A DNA stretch of 64,000 nucleotides from Spirochaetia bacterium. GTDB lineage: Bacteria > Spirochaetota > Spirochaetia > SZUA-6 > Bin103. Each line of letters begins with the position of its first letter. The first letter of the stretch is position 1. A program made the translations under genes and the position numbers. Under the pieces are notes generated by a model. It saw only the letters and a program-made list of their open reading frames with translations. It did not search any database and was not told the DNA's origin. Below, piece after piece: positions 50,029 to 60,069 of this stretch. The stretch lies in contig CBDATQ010000002.1 in the NCBI GenBank assembly GCA_965199955.1, positions 1,408,001 through 1,472,000 on the forward strand, in the 5' to 3' direction.

Positions 50029-51140
50029 CGCTTCCCCTCCGCCGTCACGGCCGCGTGCCGCCGCGTCCACGCGGACAGCATCTCCGGATCCGGCTCCGGC
50101 AGGTCGGTCCCGAACGGACGGAATGTGTGCGGCCCGTCGTACTCCAGCGGCGGCGCGGCCAGGTCACGCGTATAGAAACGGGACGACGGAAACAGGTCGC
50201 CGGGGTAGGTGACGTTGTCGAGGGTGGCCAGCTCGACGCAGACGGCGCCGCCCACGGAGCTCTCCAGCATGCCGCCGATCCAGACCGGAATGCCGGCATC
50301 GCGCGCCATATCGTGGATTGCCAGCGAGTTGGCAATCCCGCCCACGCGCGCCGGCTTGATGTTGATGTAGCGGCAGGCGCCGATGCGGATCGCCTGCTCG
50401 GCGGTGCGCGGGTCGACGATGGTCTCGTCCAGGCAGATCGGCGTGCCGATCCGCCTGGCAAGCTCGGCGTGGTCGAGGATGTCGGTGTGGTGCAGTGGCT
50501 GCTCGATGAACGCCAGCCCCAGGCCGTCGATCGCCTGGAAGAAGGGCAGGTCGTCGAGCGTGTAGCCGGAGTTGCAGTCGATGTGGAACGTCATGTCCGG
50601 AAAGGCCGAGGTGACCTCGCGGAGCATCTCCAGGTCCCACCCCCTGGCGACCTTGAGCTTGATACGCGGGAAGCCGGCGTCGACCGCCTGCGAGATGTTG
50701 CCGAGCAGCATCTCGATCGAGTCCTGGATGCCGAAGTCGGCGCCGGCGACCACGTCCCGCGTGGCGCCTCCCAGCAGCCGGTGCAGCGGCGTGCCGGTGA
50801 TGCGGCTCTGCAGCGTCCACCAGCCGACCTCGATCGCGGCCTTGGCGAACGAGTTGCCCTTGAAGGGGCTCAGCCTCTCGTTGATGTCCGCGGCCGTCTC
50901 GTACTCGCGGCCGACCACGTGCGGCCCGAACACCTCGGTGACGTGGTAGAAGACCGAGCCGGCGGACTCGCTCAGGTAGTGCGGGGCGAAGAACGGCGTG
51001 CTCTCCGCCCATGCGGTGTGCTCGCCGCTCGTGAGCTTCACCAGCACGGAGTGGATGTCGGCGTCCTCGCCGTAGGCGGTCCGCCACGGGTAGATGAGCG
51101 GCATCACGACGTAGTGTACGTCCAGTCGGTCGATACGCAT
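50025..51140 (-). CDS. o-Succinylbenzoate synthase / N-acylamino acid racemase (NSAR/OSBS subfamily)
   Basis: RIKLKV, DCNSGYT, IEQPL, ICLDE, INIKPARVGG, WIGGMLES, PGDL. Confidence 0.88.
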   Translation of the reverse strand: MRIDRLDVHYVVMPLIYPWRTAYGEDADIHSVLVKLTSGEHTAWAESTPFFAPHYLSESAGSVFYHVTEVFGPHVVGREYETAADINERLSPFKGNSFAKAAIEVGWWTLQSRITGTPLHRLLGGATRDVVAGADFGIQDSIEMLLGNISQAVDAGFPRIKLKVARGWDLEMLREVTSAFPDMTFHIDCNSGYTLDDLPFFQAIDGLGLAFIEQPLHHTDILDHAELARRIGTPICLDETIVDPRTAEQAIRIGACRYINIKPARVGGIANSLAIHDMARDAGIPVWIGGMLESSVGGAVCVELATLDNVTYPGDLFPSSRFYTRDLAAPPLEYDGPHTFRPFGTDLPEPDPEMLSAWTRRHAAVTAEGKR

Positions 51141-51417
51141 CGTGGGGCGGACGATACCCGATCTCGCCTGCGAGAATGAAGCGCCGCAAGGCCACAGGGC
51201 ACTAAGCAATGGTAAACGTACCCTCTTCTGGAGCATTGACACGCCGACTCCTCACAGAACCCGAAGCCGCCACCGAGCTCGAAGAGGCTTCATGTGATCG
51301 CGTTTGCGCACGACAGCCGATCACCCGGCTATTGGCGTGCTCGCATCCGCGAATGGCCGACTTGAAGGTCACGAACGGATCGCCCGCACGCGCATTCGGG
51401 GCTATAGTCGCCTATCC

Positions 51418-51583
51418 GTGACACGGGAGGAGGCGCTTCGCTTTCGGACGTTCGGCTTCCTGCACTACCCGCAGATGCTTTCGTCACCGGAGATCGATGC
51501 GCTTTCCGACGCCTTCGACGCCGCCATGGCGAAGGCTGAGCGCCGCCGGCCGACGCCATCCGGCGCACGGCAGCACATGATAA
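51418..51583 (+). pseudogene. PhyH-family N-terminal remnant
   Basis: VTREEALRFRTFGFLHYPQMLSSPEIDAL after TATAGT. No HxD domain follows. Confidence 0.55.
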
Positions 51584-51752
51584 GTCCAGAGAAACCTGAC
51601 CACGGAGCAAACGCTTTCGAATGAACGCTGCCGGATTATCGGGCAGCGTTCGCCCCGCCATGCCTCCAGTTTACGCCATGGACCGGCGAATCCGTTTCCG
51701 GTGGCACGCTGAACACCGGCTCGGTTACCGGTACACTGATGGAGGGGATGCA

Positions 51753-52814
51753 ATGCCTGACGGGAATTTCAGTTTCGATTTCGACGAGCACTTCGGGAGC
51801 CTCATGCACGCGTGCGAGGGGCAGTGCCGCTTTCGCGGCGGCACGCAGACGGAGATCCGGGAGTGGCAGGACGCGTTTCGGGACCGCCTGCGATCACACC
51901 TGGGACTGGAGCACGTGGAGAAGGACCTGGCCGGGTTCGTCCCCACCGCGCAGCGGTTCGACAGCGAGGACCTGGGGACGTACACGCGGGAGTCGTGGCG
52001 CATCCTGACCGAGCCGACCGTGCCGTTGCCCTTCTATCTGCTGCGGCCCAAGTCGGCGGCCGACACGCTCCCCCTCGTGCTTACCCCGCACGGCCACGGC
52101 CATCCGCACGTCTACGTCGGACTCTTCGACAGCCCGGAGGAGGAGGCGCAGATCCGCGAGGGGGAACGGGACATCGCCGTGCAGGCCGTCGAGCAGGGGT
52201 ACCTGGTGATCTCGCCGACCACGCGCGCGTTCGGCGAGACACGATCCCCGGAGGACAGGGAACAGAACAAGACATCGTCGTGCCACCAGCAGCTCATGCT
52301 CGACCTGCTGGTCGGGCGGACGCCTATCGGTGACCGCGTGTGGGACATGTCGCGGCTGATCGACTGGGCGATCGCGCACCAGGACGCGGATGCCGCGCGC
52401 ATCGCCATCACCGGCAACTCCGGCGGCGGCACGGTGTCGCTGTTCGCCGCGGCCTGCGACACGCGGATCTCCGTTGCGGTTCCCGGCAGTTACTTCTGCA
52501 CGTTCGCCGGCAGCATCGGCTCGATCGCCCACTGCGACTGCAACTACGTGCCCGGCATCCTGCGACTGGGTGAGATGCATGACGTGGCCGGCCTCATCGC
52601 GCCCCGCCACTTTCTGGCGGTCACCGGCAGGGACGATAGGATCTTCCCCATCGCTCATACGGAGGCAGCCTTTGCGCAGCTCGCGAAGGTGTACCGGGCG
52701 CTGGCCGTCCCGGAGCGGTGCGAGCTGTACGTCGGCGACGGTGGCCACCGCTACTACAAGGAACGGGTGTGGAGCTTCGTCGCGGAGGCCTTCGCTGCGC
52801 GCTCCGCCGCCTGA
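51753..52814 (+). CDS. Alpha/beta hydrolase (dienelactone hydrolase/acetylxylan esterase-like)
   Basis: PHGHG, nucleophile elbow GNSGGG, LIAPR, GRDDRIFP, GGHRYY. Confidence 0.85.
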   Translation: MPDGNFSFDFDEHFGSLMHACEGQCRFRGGTQTEIREWQDAFRDRLRSHLGLEHVEKDLAGFVPTAQRFDSEDLGTYTRESWRILTEPTVPLPFYLLRPKSAADTLPLVLTPHGHGHPHVYVGLFDSPEEEAQIREGERDIAVQAVEQGYLVISPTTRAFGETRSPEDREQNKTSSCHQQLMLDLLVGRTPIGDRVWDMSRLIDWAIAHQDADAARIAITGNSGGGTVSLFAAACDTRISVAVPGSYFCTFAGSIGSIAHCDCNYVPGILRLGEMHDVAGLIAPRHFLAVTGRDDRIFPIAHTEAAFAQLAKVYRALAVPERCELYVGDGGHRYYKERVWSFVAEAFAARSAA

Positions 52815-52815
52815 G

Positions 52816-53031
52816 CTAGCCCACCAGCGTCAGGCGCGCGCCGAGGATAGGCCGGCGATCATCGGTGGACAACATCTCGGCGGCGCCGATACGCTCGGAG
52901 CTTGGCCGAAGCTGACGTCCAGCAGCGCGACCGTCGCGGCGAGTGGCTTCCCGAATCGTTGCCGGAGCCGTCCCCGCTGTTCTCGTGAACGGTGCCGGGA
53001 TCACCGGCACGATGCCGGCGAGCGCTCTCAT
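52816..53031 (-). pseudogene. DapA-family N-terminal remnant
   Basis: [16 protein letters not shown]...AEMLSTDDRR. Start overlaps the upstream stop (TGATG). Confidence 0.55.
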
Positions 53032-54191
53032 CAGGATGCAGGCGAGGCAGCCTGCCCGCCGGGTGCCAGGTCGCGCTCGCAGCGCCGCAACGCCTCGATC
53101 ACGATCGGTACCTCCTCGGGCTCCATGCACATCGGCGCCACCGTCACCTCGCCGGGGGACTCGCTGCCGCAGACCACGGGCGGTTCCTGGGCGCGCAGGT
53201 GGTCGAGCACCTGCTGCTCGCCGATCCCGCCGAGCAGCCGCAGCCTGGCGCGGGCGATCGGCTGCCCCGCCTCGCTGTACGGGTCGCGCTCGGCCGCGAA
53301 GAGCCGGCTGCCGGCCAGCGCGCCGCAGATCTCCGCCGCGGCGTCGTCGGCCCAGGCGAGCCGCGCGCTCTCGTCGTCCTCCAGGTACTCCTTCACCGCC
53401 CAGTAGAGTCCGACGATCTCTTCGCGGCCGGTCTTCATCATCCGGCCGTGCCCGTAGTTCGGGAAGCCGATGCGGGTGACGATCTCCAGGAACCAGCGCT
53501 CGCCCACCAGCGGGCCGCTCGACTGCGGGCCGCGCAGGTCCTTGCCGCCCGAGAACAGCGCCGCGGTCGCGCCGGCCTGCGTGAACTTCCAGAGGTTCTC
53601 CTTCGGCGGGAGCTGCGCCGCGCAGTCGATGACCAGCGGCAGCCCGTGCATGCGCGCCACCGCGACCGTGTCCTCGAAGGGCAGCCCGCCCTGCGTCGTC
53701 CAGCCGTGCTCGGCCTGGAAGAAGAAGATGGCCGCCGTGCGGTCGGTGATGTTGTGGGTGAGCGCCTCGCGCGTGATCGGCTCGATAAAGTTCGCGTAGC
53801 CCAGGGTCTTGGTCCGCACGCCGAGCTGCTGCAGCACGAAGTCGTACGGGTTGTGGTGGGCGGTGAACACGATCACCTCGTAGGCGCCGATCTCCTCGGA
53901 GCTCAGGTAGCGGATCGGCCGGCCGGCGCGGCGCTCGACGGCCGCGGCCGCGCACAGGCACAGGCCGGTGTCGGCGCCGTTGGAGACGAAGGCCGCCTCG
54001 TTGCCGGTCAGCTCGGCCAGCCGCCCGTGCACGGCGGCCTGCAGCGCCCGGATGTCGGTGTAGCTCCGCGCCGCCTCGTTCATGCGCCGCAGCGTCGACT
54101 CGCGCATGCGCGATCCGCCGAAGGCGGTGAAGCCGCCCGCGGCGTTCACCAGCCGCGCGACGCCAAGGTGATCGTAGATGTCCTCCGCCAC
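53031..54191 (-). CDS. SelA-like PLP enzyme (DgaE / D-glucosaminate-6-phosphate ammonia-lyase-like)
   Basis: [60 protein letters not shown]. Confidence 0.88.
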   Translation of the reverse strand: MAEDIYDHLGVARLVNAAGGFTAFGGSRMRESTLRRMNEAARSYTDIRALQAAVHGRLAELTGNEAAFVSNGADTGLCLCAAAAVERRAGRPIRYLSSEEIGAYEVIVFTAHHNPYDFVLQQLGVRTKTLGYANFIEPITREALTHNITDRTAAIFFFQAEHGWTTQGGLPFEDTVAVARMHGLPLVIDCAAQLPPKENLWKFTQAGATAALFSGGKDLRGPQSSGPLVGERWFLEIVTRIGFPNYGHGRMMKTGREEIVGLYWAVKEYLEDDESARLAWADDAAAEICGALAGSRLFAAERDPYSEAGQPIARARLRLLGGIGEQQVLDHLRAQEPPVVCGSESPGEVTVAPMCMEPEEVPIVIEALRRCERDLAPGGQAASPAS

Positions 54192-54194
54192 GCC

Positions 54195-54436
54195 TCTTCC
54201 GTCCGGTCGCCTACGATAGGGACGCGGCCCGCCGGCCGCAACCGACGGGGCTGCGCGGCGCGAGCAGGGCTCAGTCGGTCTCGACGGCGGGGAATCCCGC
54301 AGTAGAAGTTGTCGAAGCGAACGCCGGTGGCTGCCAGCCGGTCGATGTTGGGCGTGCGGATCTCCGGGTTGCCGTAGCAGCCGGCGGCTCACGGCCCCTG
54401 GTCGTCGGTGAGGATGAAGACGACGTTCGGGCTCAT
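54195..54436 (-). pseudogene. Sulfatase remnant (nonsense codon plus large deletion)
   Basis: [45 protein letters not shown], then similarity is lost before the CxPxR motif. Confidence 0.8.
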
Positions 54437-55518
54437 CCGCCCGGGATGTACAGGCTGCGGTCGGCCACGGGCAGGGCGACGCGGGCACCGTCCTGCAGGT
54501 GCGAGGAGGCCACGCCGAACTGCACCTCGACCGACTGCATGGTGATGTCGATGCGGCCGGCCGTGGGCTCGCCCGTCGCAAGCTCGCGGATGATGTCCCG
54601 GATCGTGCAGACCGTGGGGCTCTCCCCGCGCGGTCGGATGAACGTCTGCTCGACGTCGTCGCCTCCCGTGCGGTGCAGGAAGATCAGCTCGCCATTGTCC
54701 CACGCGTGGGCGTGTCCTTCGGTGCCCTGCACGTCCAGGTCGAAGCCGGTACGCGGGACGAAGTGGCCCTCGGCTCCGCCGCGATAACCGACCCGGTAGA
54801 AGCCGACCATCGGGTCGCCGATCTCGCCGTCGGGCGGCCGTTCGAAGCGGTGATTCGCCGCGTCGTACCGCGGGTGCTGCTTGGTGGGCGGCGCGCCGGG
54901 GTCGTCCGGCTCCTCGAGTCGGCCCTCGACCCACTCCGGCACGGGATCGCCCAGCATCATCGCCACCAGGTCGAGCGTGTGCGGGTGGTGCTTGATCAGG
55001 TCGGTGCGGGCGTGCAGGGTCGCGAACCGCGGCTCGCCGATCGCGCCGCGCTCGATCGCCGCGCGCAGCCGCTTGAAGCCGTCGTGATGGCGGCGCATGG
55101 CTCCCCAGTTGAAGGCCACGCCGTTGGCCTTCAGGGCGTCGCGGATGCGGTCGGCCTCGGCCAGCGATGCGCAGAGTCCCTTCTCCGCGTAGATGCCGCG
55201 TACGCCGTGCTCGGCGGCGAACACGATCGGCTCCGCGCGGGCGAAGCTGGGCGTAGTGACGCTGACGATGTCCGGCTTCTCCCGCTCGATCATCGTCCGG
55301 TAGTCGAGGTAGGTGTTGGTGACGCCGAAGCGCTTCACGAACCGCTCCAGGCGCTCTTCGCCGCGGTTCGCGACGGCCACGACCTCCACGTCGTCGATGG
55401 CGGCATAGGCGCTGAAGTGCCCGTACGGCCGGCTGAAATTCTCCGGCGGAATCTCGTCCTCGATCAGTCCGCCCATGCGGCCGGTGCCGATGATCGCCGC
55501 GCGGTAGGTCGCTCCCAT
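54433..55518 (-). CDS. Gfo/Idh/MocA family oxidoreductase
   Basis: AAIIGTGRMG, EREKPDIVSV, IYAEKG, HTLDL. Confidence 0.88.
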   Translation of the reverse strand: MGATYRAAIIGTGRMGGLIEDEIPPENFSRPYGHFSAYAAIDDVEVVAVANRGEERLERFVKRFGVTNTYLDYRTMIEREKPDIVSVTTPSFARAEPIVFAAEHGVRGIYAEKGLCASLAEADRIRDALKANGVAFNWGAMRRHHDGFKRLRAAIERGAIGEPRFATLHARTDLIKHHPHTLDLVAMMLGDPVPEWVEGRLEEPDDPGAPPTKQHPRYDAANHRFERPPDGEIGDPMVGFYRVGYRGGAEGHFVPRTGFDLDVQGTEGHAHAWDNGELIFLHRTGGDDVEQTFIRPRGESPTVCTIRDIIRELATGEPTAGRIDITMQSVEVQFGVASSHLQDGARVALPVADRSLYIPGG

Positions 55519-55600
55519 GGTTCGCTCCTTGCCGCTGGAGAGTCGCCAACGATCCGTGGCGAGCGCGGCACAGCGGTAGTATGCTGCAAAACCATGCCGC

Positions 55601-55951
55601 TATTCGCATGCCGCCTCCTGCCGCGCGTGCGAGCGCACGCAACATCACGGGTACTCGATGCGCCGCCGGGAGCACCCGGGGCAGCCGCGCAGCCCGTTCG
55701 TCGACGTGCCGTTCCCGGAGTGGCAGCCGGTCAGCGCCAACCTGCGGCTGGTGCAGGACCTGGTCCGCTCGCTCGACACGGGCGAGCCGCCGGCCGGCGG
55801 GGTGCGGGTCGCCTATGCCGCTACCGAGCTGACCTTCGCCGCGATCGAGTCCCACCTGCGGGGAGGAGCGCGAGTGGACCTGCCGCTGACCGGCAGCACG
55901 GTGCGGCTCGAGCGCGACCGGGCGCCCCGCCAGCCTCGCTTCCAACCGTAG
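55601..55951 (+). pseudogene. Collapsed tandem paralog of the downstream Gfo/Idh/MocA gene
   Basis: YSHAASCRACERTQ (compare YSHAAVYTACDRTD) joined to a 97-aa C-terminus that differs from 56784-57077 at 11 residues. Confidence 0.85.
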
Positions 55952-56009
55952 CCGCGGAACGGGACGGGCGCGACAGACCGGCCGGGCTGGTATGCTGGAT
56001 CGCAGGATC

Positions 56010-57077
56010 ATGAAGGACACATACCGGGCCGTTCTCATCGGCTGCAGCCGCATGGGCGCATTCATCGACCACGAAGTCGGCGACCTGAAGTACATCGTCC
56101 ATCCGTACTCGCACGCCGCGGTCTACACCGCGTGCGATCGCACCGACCTGGTGGCGTGCTCGGACCTGCGCCCCGAGGTGATGACGGAGGTCGGCCGGCA
56201 GTACGGGGTCCCGCCCGACAAGCAGTACACGGACTACCGGCAGATGATCGAGGCCGAGCGGCCCGACATCGTCAGCATCGCCACGCAGCCGGAGGGCCGG
56301 GCGGAGATCGCCGTCCATGCCGCCGAGCACGGGGCCCGGGCGATCTACGCGGAGAAGGCGATGACCGCCTCCATGGCGGAAGCCGACGCGATCGTGGAGG
56401 CGTGCGAGCGCAACGGCGTGGTCTTCAACCTGGGCACGCAGCGGCGCTGGCATCCCGGCTTTCACGCGATGCGGGGCGTGATCGACAGCGGGGAGCTGGG
56501 TGAGCTGCGCTCGGTCATCCTGCAGTTCAACGGGTCCAGCCACTACTTCGACAACCTGCTGTTCCTCAACGGCGACCGCCGCGCCTGCTGGGCGCAGATG
56601 CAGCTCCTGGACGGGGACTGGACTATGGAAGGTGACCGGCTCACCGGCGATCCCACGGCGATCGGCGGGATAGGGTTCGAGAACGGGGTCGTGGCATACA
56701 CGATCCCGTCGGGGCGCGACTGTGAGTTCGAGGCGCGCTGCGCGGACGGAACGCTGCGCGTCACGAACCATCAGGAGTTCTCCATGCGCCGCCGGGAGCA
56801 CCTCGGCCAGCAGCGCAGTCCGTTCGTCGACACGCCGTTCCCCGAGTGGCAGCCGATGAGCGCCAACCTGCGGCTTGTGCTGGACCTGGTCCGCTCGCTC
56901 GACACGGGCGAGCCGCCGATCGGCGGCGTGCGCGCGGCCCGCGCCAGCACCGAGCTGATCTTCGCCGCGATCGAGTCCCACCTGCGGGGCGGGGCCCGCG
57001 TGGACCTGCCGCTGACCGGCAGCACGGTACGGCTCGAGCGCGACCGGGCGCCCAGACAGCCCCGCTACCAGCCTTAG
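56010..57077 (+). CDS. Gfo/Idh/MocA family oxidoreductase
   Basis: VLIGCSRMG, ERPDIVSIAT, IYAEKAM, GTQRRW. Confidence 0.88.
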   Translation: MKDTYRAVLIGCSRMGAFIDHEVGDLKYIVHPYSHAAVYTACDRTDLVACSDLRPEVMTEVGRQYGVPPDKQYTDYRQMIEAERPDIVSIATQPEGRAEIAVHAAEHGARAIYAEKAMTASMAEADAIVEACERNGVVFNLGTQRRWHPGFHAMRGVIDSGELGELRSVILQFNGSSHYFDNLLFLNGDRRACWAQMQLLDGDWTMEGDRLTGDPTAIGGIGFENGVVAYTIPSGRDCEFEARCADGTLRVTNHQEFSMRRREHLGQQRSPFVDTPFPEWQPMSANLRLVLDLVRSLDTGEPPIGGVRAARASTELIFAAIESHLRGGARVDLPLTGSTVRLERDRAPRQPRYQP

Positions 57078-57088
57078 GAGAACGAAGG

Positions 57089-58093
57089 ATGGCCGACACC
57101 GACACCCAGGCGGCGGACCGCCTGCTGCCCCACGACGTGGAGTTCTATGAGCGGGAGCTCGCCTCGTTCCTGCCGGACCGCGTCTTCGACGCGCACACCC
57201 ACCTGTGGCGACGTCAGGACACGGGCTGGGACCTGCCCGGCTGCCCCGATGACGTCGGGCTCGCGGAGTACCGGGATCTGATGGACGACCTGCATCCGGG
57301 GCGGCGCATGGGCGCGATGTTCATTCCGTCGGTGAGTCCGAGCGGGGACGGATCGTTCACCGACCAGAACGAGTGGGTCGCCCGGGCGGTCGCCGACGAC
57401 GCGTCGTTCCGGGGCATCTTTTTCATCCGGCCGACGGACGACCCGGAGTGGGTGCGCCAGGAGGTGCGGCGCCTGGGTCTGCACGGCCTGAAGTGCTACC
57501 ACACCATGGCGCCGGTGACGCCGACGTGGGAGGCGGAGATCCCGGACTTCCTGCCGGAGCGGCTGGTGCGGGTCGCGCACGAGGAGGGGTGGGTGATCAC
57601 CCTGCACATGGTGCGCTCTCGGGCGGCGGCCGATCCGGCCAACATCCGCTGGATCCGCCACTACTGCGAGCGCTATCCGGACATGAAGCTGATCCTCGCC
57701 CACTCGGCGCGTGGCTTCCAGCCGGCGCACAACCTGGAAGGGCTGCCGCACCTGACGGGGCTCGACAACCTCTACTTCGACACCAGCGCCAACTGCGAGC
57801 CCATCGCGCACCAGGCGATCATCCGCATCGTCGGCCACGACAAGCTGTTGTACGGCACCGACCTGCCCGTCAGCCACGGGCGAGGGCGCCACGCCGGCGC
57901 CGCCGACGCCTTCCTCTGGCTCTACGAGGACTCGCCGGTGTGGGACGAGAAGCACATCGGCATCCGGCCGGTGCTGATCGGCCTGGAGCACCTGCGCTCG
58001 ATCAAGTGGGCGTGCTGGTCGGAGCGGCTCGGCGACCGCGCCGTGGAGGACATTTTCTGGAACAACGCCGCGCGCCTGTTTGGCGTCGACTGA
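57089..58093 (+). CDS. Amidohydrolase (Amidohydro_2-type) family protein
   Basis: FDAHTHL, GLKCYH, ITLH, LILAHSAR, LYFDTS, LLYGTDLP, NAARL. Confidence 0.88.
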   Translation: MADTDTQAADRLLPHDVEFYERELASFLPDRVFDAHTHLWRRQDTGWDLPGCPDDVGLAEYRDLMDDLHPGRRMGAMFIPSVSPSGDGSFTDQNEWVARAVADDASFRGIFFIRPTDDPEWVRQEVRRLGLHGLKCYHTMAPVTPTWEAEIPDFLPERLVRVAHEEGWVITLHMVRSRAAADPANIRWIRHYCERYPDMKLILAHSARGFQPAHNLEGLPHLTGLDNLYFDTSANCEPIAHQAIIRIVGHDKLLYGTDLPVSHGRGRHAGAADAFLWLYEDSPVWDEKHIGIRPVLIGLEHLRSIKWACWSERLGDRAVEDIFWNNAARLFGVD

Positions 58094-58106
58094 GAGAGGC
58101 GCGCGC

Positions 58107-59000
58107 GTGAGATACCGCACGCTGGGCAGGACCGGCATGTCCGTCAGCGAGGTCAGCCTGGGCGGGGCCTACCTGAAGGGGCCCGATCCGGAGCTCCACC
58201 AGGAGAACGCTGCGGCGGTCGTGCGGCGCGCGGCCGAGCTGGGCATCAACTACCTGGACACGGCGCCGGGATACGGTCCCAGCGAGGAGCTGCTGGGCCC
58301 GGCCCTGGAGCATGCCGGCCGGCCGTTCCGGGTGGCGACCAAGGTCGGGTTCGTGCCCGAGGACTTCGACTTCCGGCGCGACAGCGTGGTGGCCAGCCTG
58401 GAGGCGAGCCTGCGCAAGCTGCGCATCGACCGGCTGGCCGTGGCGCAGATCCACGAGGTCAACCTGGTCGGCTGGGAGCGCATCATGGAGCCGGGCGGGG
58501 CGCTCGACGGCCTGCGCGCGGCCCGAGGCGCCGGGCTCTGCGAGGCGATCGGCATCACCGGGCGGGCGATTCCGCTGCTGGCCAAGCTGGCCGGGACCGG
58601 CGAGTTCGACACCGTGCTGGTCTACCACGACTACCACCCGGCCTGTCGGAAGGCGCGGGACGAGGTCATTCCCGCGGCGGCGAAGCAGGACATGGGGATC
58701 GTCGTCGGCACGCCGCTGGGCGCGCTGTTCGGCCACGAAGCGAAACGCGCCCAGACGCTGGCGGCGCTCTCCGGCGGTCAACGGGGTGCCGCCGAGCGCG
58801 TGATCGAGCGCTTGCGGCGGGAGCCGGGGACGCTCGCCCGCAACGCCTTTCGCTATATCATCGCCGACGAGGCGGTGAGCACGGTGTCGAGCGGCGCGGC
58901 GGACGTGGAGCAGCTCGAGGACGTGGCGGGGGCCTCGGCGCTGGGCGCGATGCCGGCGGAGTTGGTCGCGGAGCTGGAGCTCCTGGGGGCGGAGAGATGA
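58107..59000 (+). CDS. Aldo/keto reductase
   Basis: YRTLGRTGMSVSEVSLG, GINYLDTAPGYG.SEE, ATKVG, SLRKL. Confidence 0.9.
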   Translation: MRYRTLGRTGMSVSEVSLGGAYLKGPDPELHQENAAAVVRRAAELGINYLDTAPGYGPSEELLGPALEHAGRPFRVATKVGFVPEDFDFRRDSVVASLEASLRKLRIDRLAVAQIHEVNLVGWERIMEPGGALDGLRAARGAGLCEAIGITGRAIPLLAKLAGTGEFDTVLVYHDYHPACRKARDEVIPAAAKQDMGIVVGTPLGALFGHEAKRAQTLAALSGGQRGAAERVIERLRREPGTLARNAFRYIIADEAVSTVSSGAADVEQLEDVAGASALGAMPAELVAELELLGAER

Positions 59001-59902
59001 GTCAGGACGAGGTGACTCGGGACGAGATCTACCGGGGGCTCTGGGACACCGGCCTGCACGACGGCGACGTCGTGCTCGTCCACTCGGCCATGCGGACGCT
59101 GGGCCGCGTTCAAGGAGGTGGCGACACCGTAGTCTCGGCGCTGCTGGACGTGATCGGCGAGCGCGGCACGCTGGTGGTGCCCACCTTCACGTTCATTCAC
59201 GAGGTGGAGGACGACCCCATCATCGACCCGCGGAACGACCGGTCCGAGATGGGGGCTATCACCGAGGCGGCCCGCACTCACTCGCAGGCGCTGCGGAGCA
59301 CCGCGTTCCGGCACAGCTTCGCGGCCATCGGCCGCCGGGCCGAGGTGCTCGCCGGGGTCGACCCGGCGCTGTCCGTGTTCGACCTGCGCTCCGCCTTCGG
59401 GGTCATGCTGGCCGTGAACACGCAGGTCCTGATGCTGGGCATGACCTACGGGAGCTGTACCAGCTTCCATTTCGCCGAGTGGCTGTGCGAGGTGCCCTAC
59501 CGGCGCGTCATCCCGCTCGACGTCAAGGTCCGGCGGGCCAACGGCACGGTGGTGCCGCAGGCCATGACCGACTATCAGCCGCACAGTTATACCGGCACGC
59601 GCCGCCCCGACTTCAACCGCATGGGCCGCATACTGGAGGAGCGGAAGCTGGTCGGCATCGCCGCGGTCGGCAACGCGGTCGCCCGGCGCTTCGCCATGCG
59701 CGACCTGATCGACCTCGCGCAGGCCGAGGCGGAGAAGGACTACAACGTGTTCCGCACCCCCGAGGGCGGGACCACCCACGGCACGCCCCTCGACTCCGGC
59801 ACGACGGTGCTCAGCCCGGAGATGCCGGACGCGGCGGGACGCCCCGACCGCTACCAGTGGAGCGTGTTCGACGAGTCGCGGTTGAAGCTGCCGGCCGGCT
59901 GA
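58997..59902 (+). CDS. AAC(3)/YokD-family N-acetyltransferase
   Basis: GDVVLVHSAM..LG, GTLVVPTFT, MGAITE, SFAAIG, TSFHFAE. Confidence 0.85.
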   Translation: MSQDEVTRDEIYRGLWDTGLHDGDVVLVHSAMRTLGRVQGGGDTVVSALLDVIGERGTLVVPTFTFIHEVEDDPIIDPRNDRSEMGAITEAARTHSQALRSTAFRHSFAAIGRRAEVLAGVDPALSVFDLRSAFGVMLAVNTQVLMLGMTYGSCTSFHFAEWLCEVPYRRVIPLDVKVRRANGTVVPQAMTDYQPHSYTGTRRPDFNRMGRILEERKLVGIAAVGNAVARRFAMRDLIDLAQAEAEKDYNVFRTPEGGTTHGTPLDSGTTVLSPEMPDAAGRPDRYQWSVFDESRLKLPAG

Positions 59903-59919
59903 CGCGCGGGGGTCCATCG

Positions 59920-60060
59920 GCCACCCGCAGGCCGAACAGCAGCAGCACCGAACCGGCGATGCCGCCGAGCAGCACGGCCCCCAGGAGCCTCCGGCCGTTC
60001 GCCGGGTCGAGTCCCCTGACCCGCTGCACGAGCCGCCTGCGCACGGCGAACGGCGCCATG
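59920..60060 (-). pseudogene. Possible EamA/DMT membrane-transporter fragment
   Basis: RRLLGAVLLGGIAGSVLLLFGLR segment only. Confidence 0.35.
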
Positions 60061-60069
60061 CCCACGGCG

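Noticed and set aside
51150..51400. Lower-GC intergenic stretch, possible ncRNA
   Set aside because: No convincing stem-loops or known motif by eye. Probably promoter DNA plus decayed sequence; an Rfam scan would settle it.
54389..54391. In-frame TGA at a likely Trp position of a sulfatase, next to a SelA-like gene (recoding or selenocysteine?)
   Set aside because: The gene is also deleted downstream, many intact genes here end in TGA, and the neighbour is DgaE-like rather than true SelA. A TGG-to-TGA mutation is simpler.
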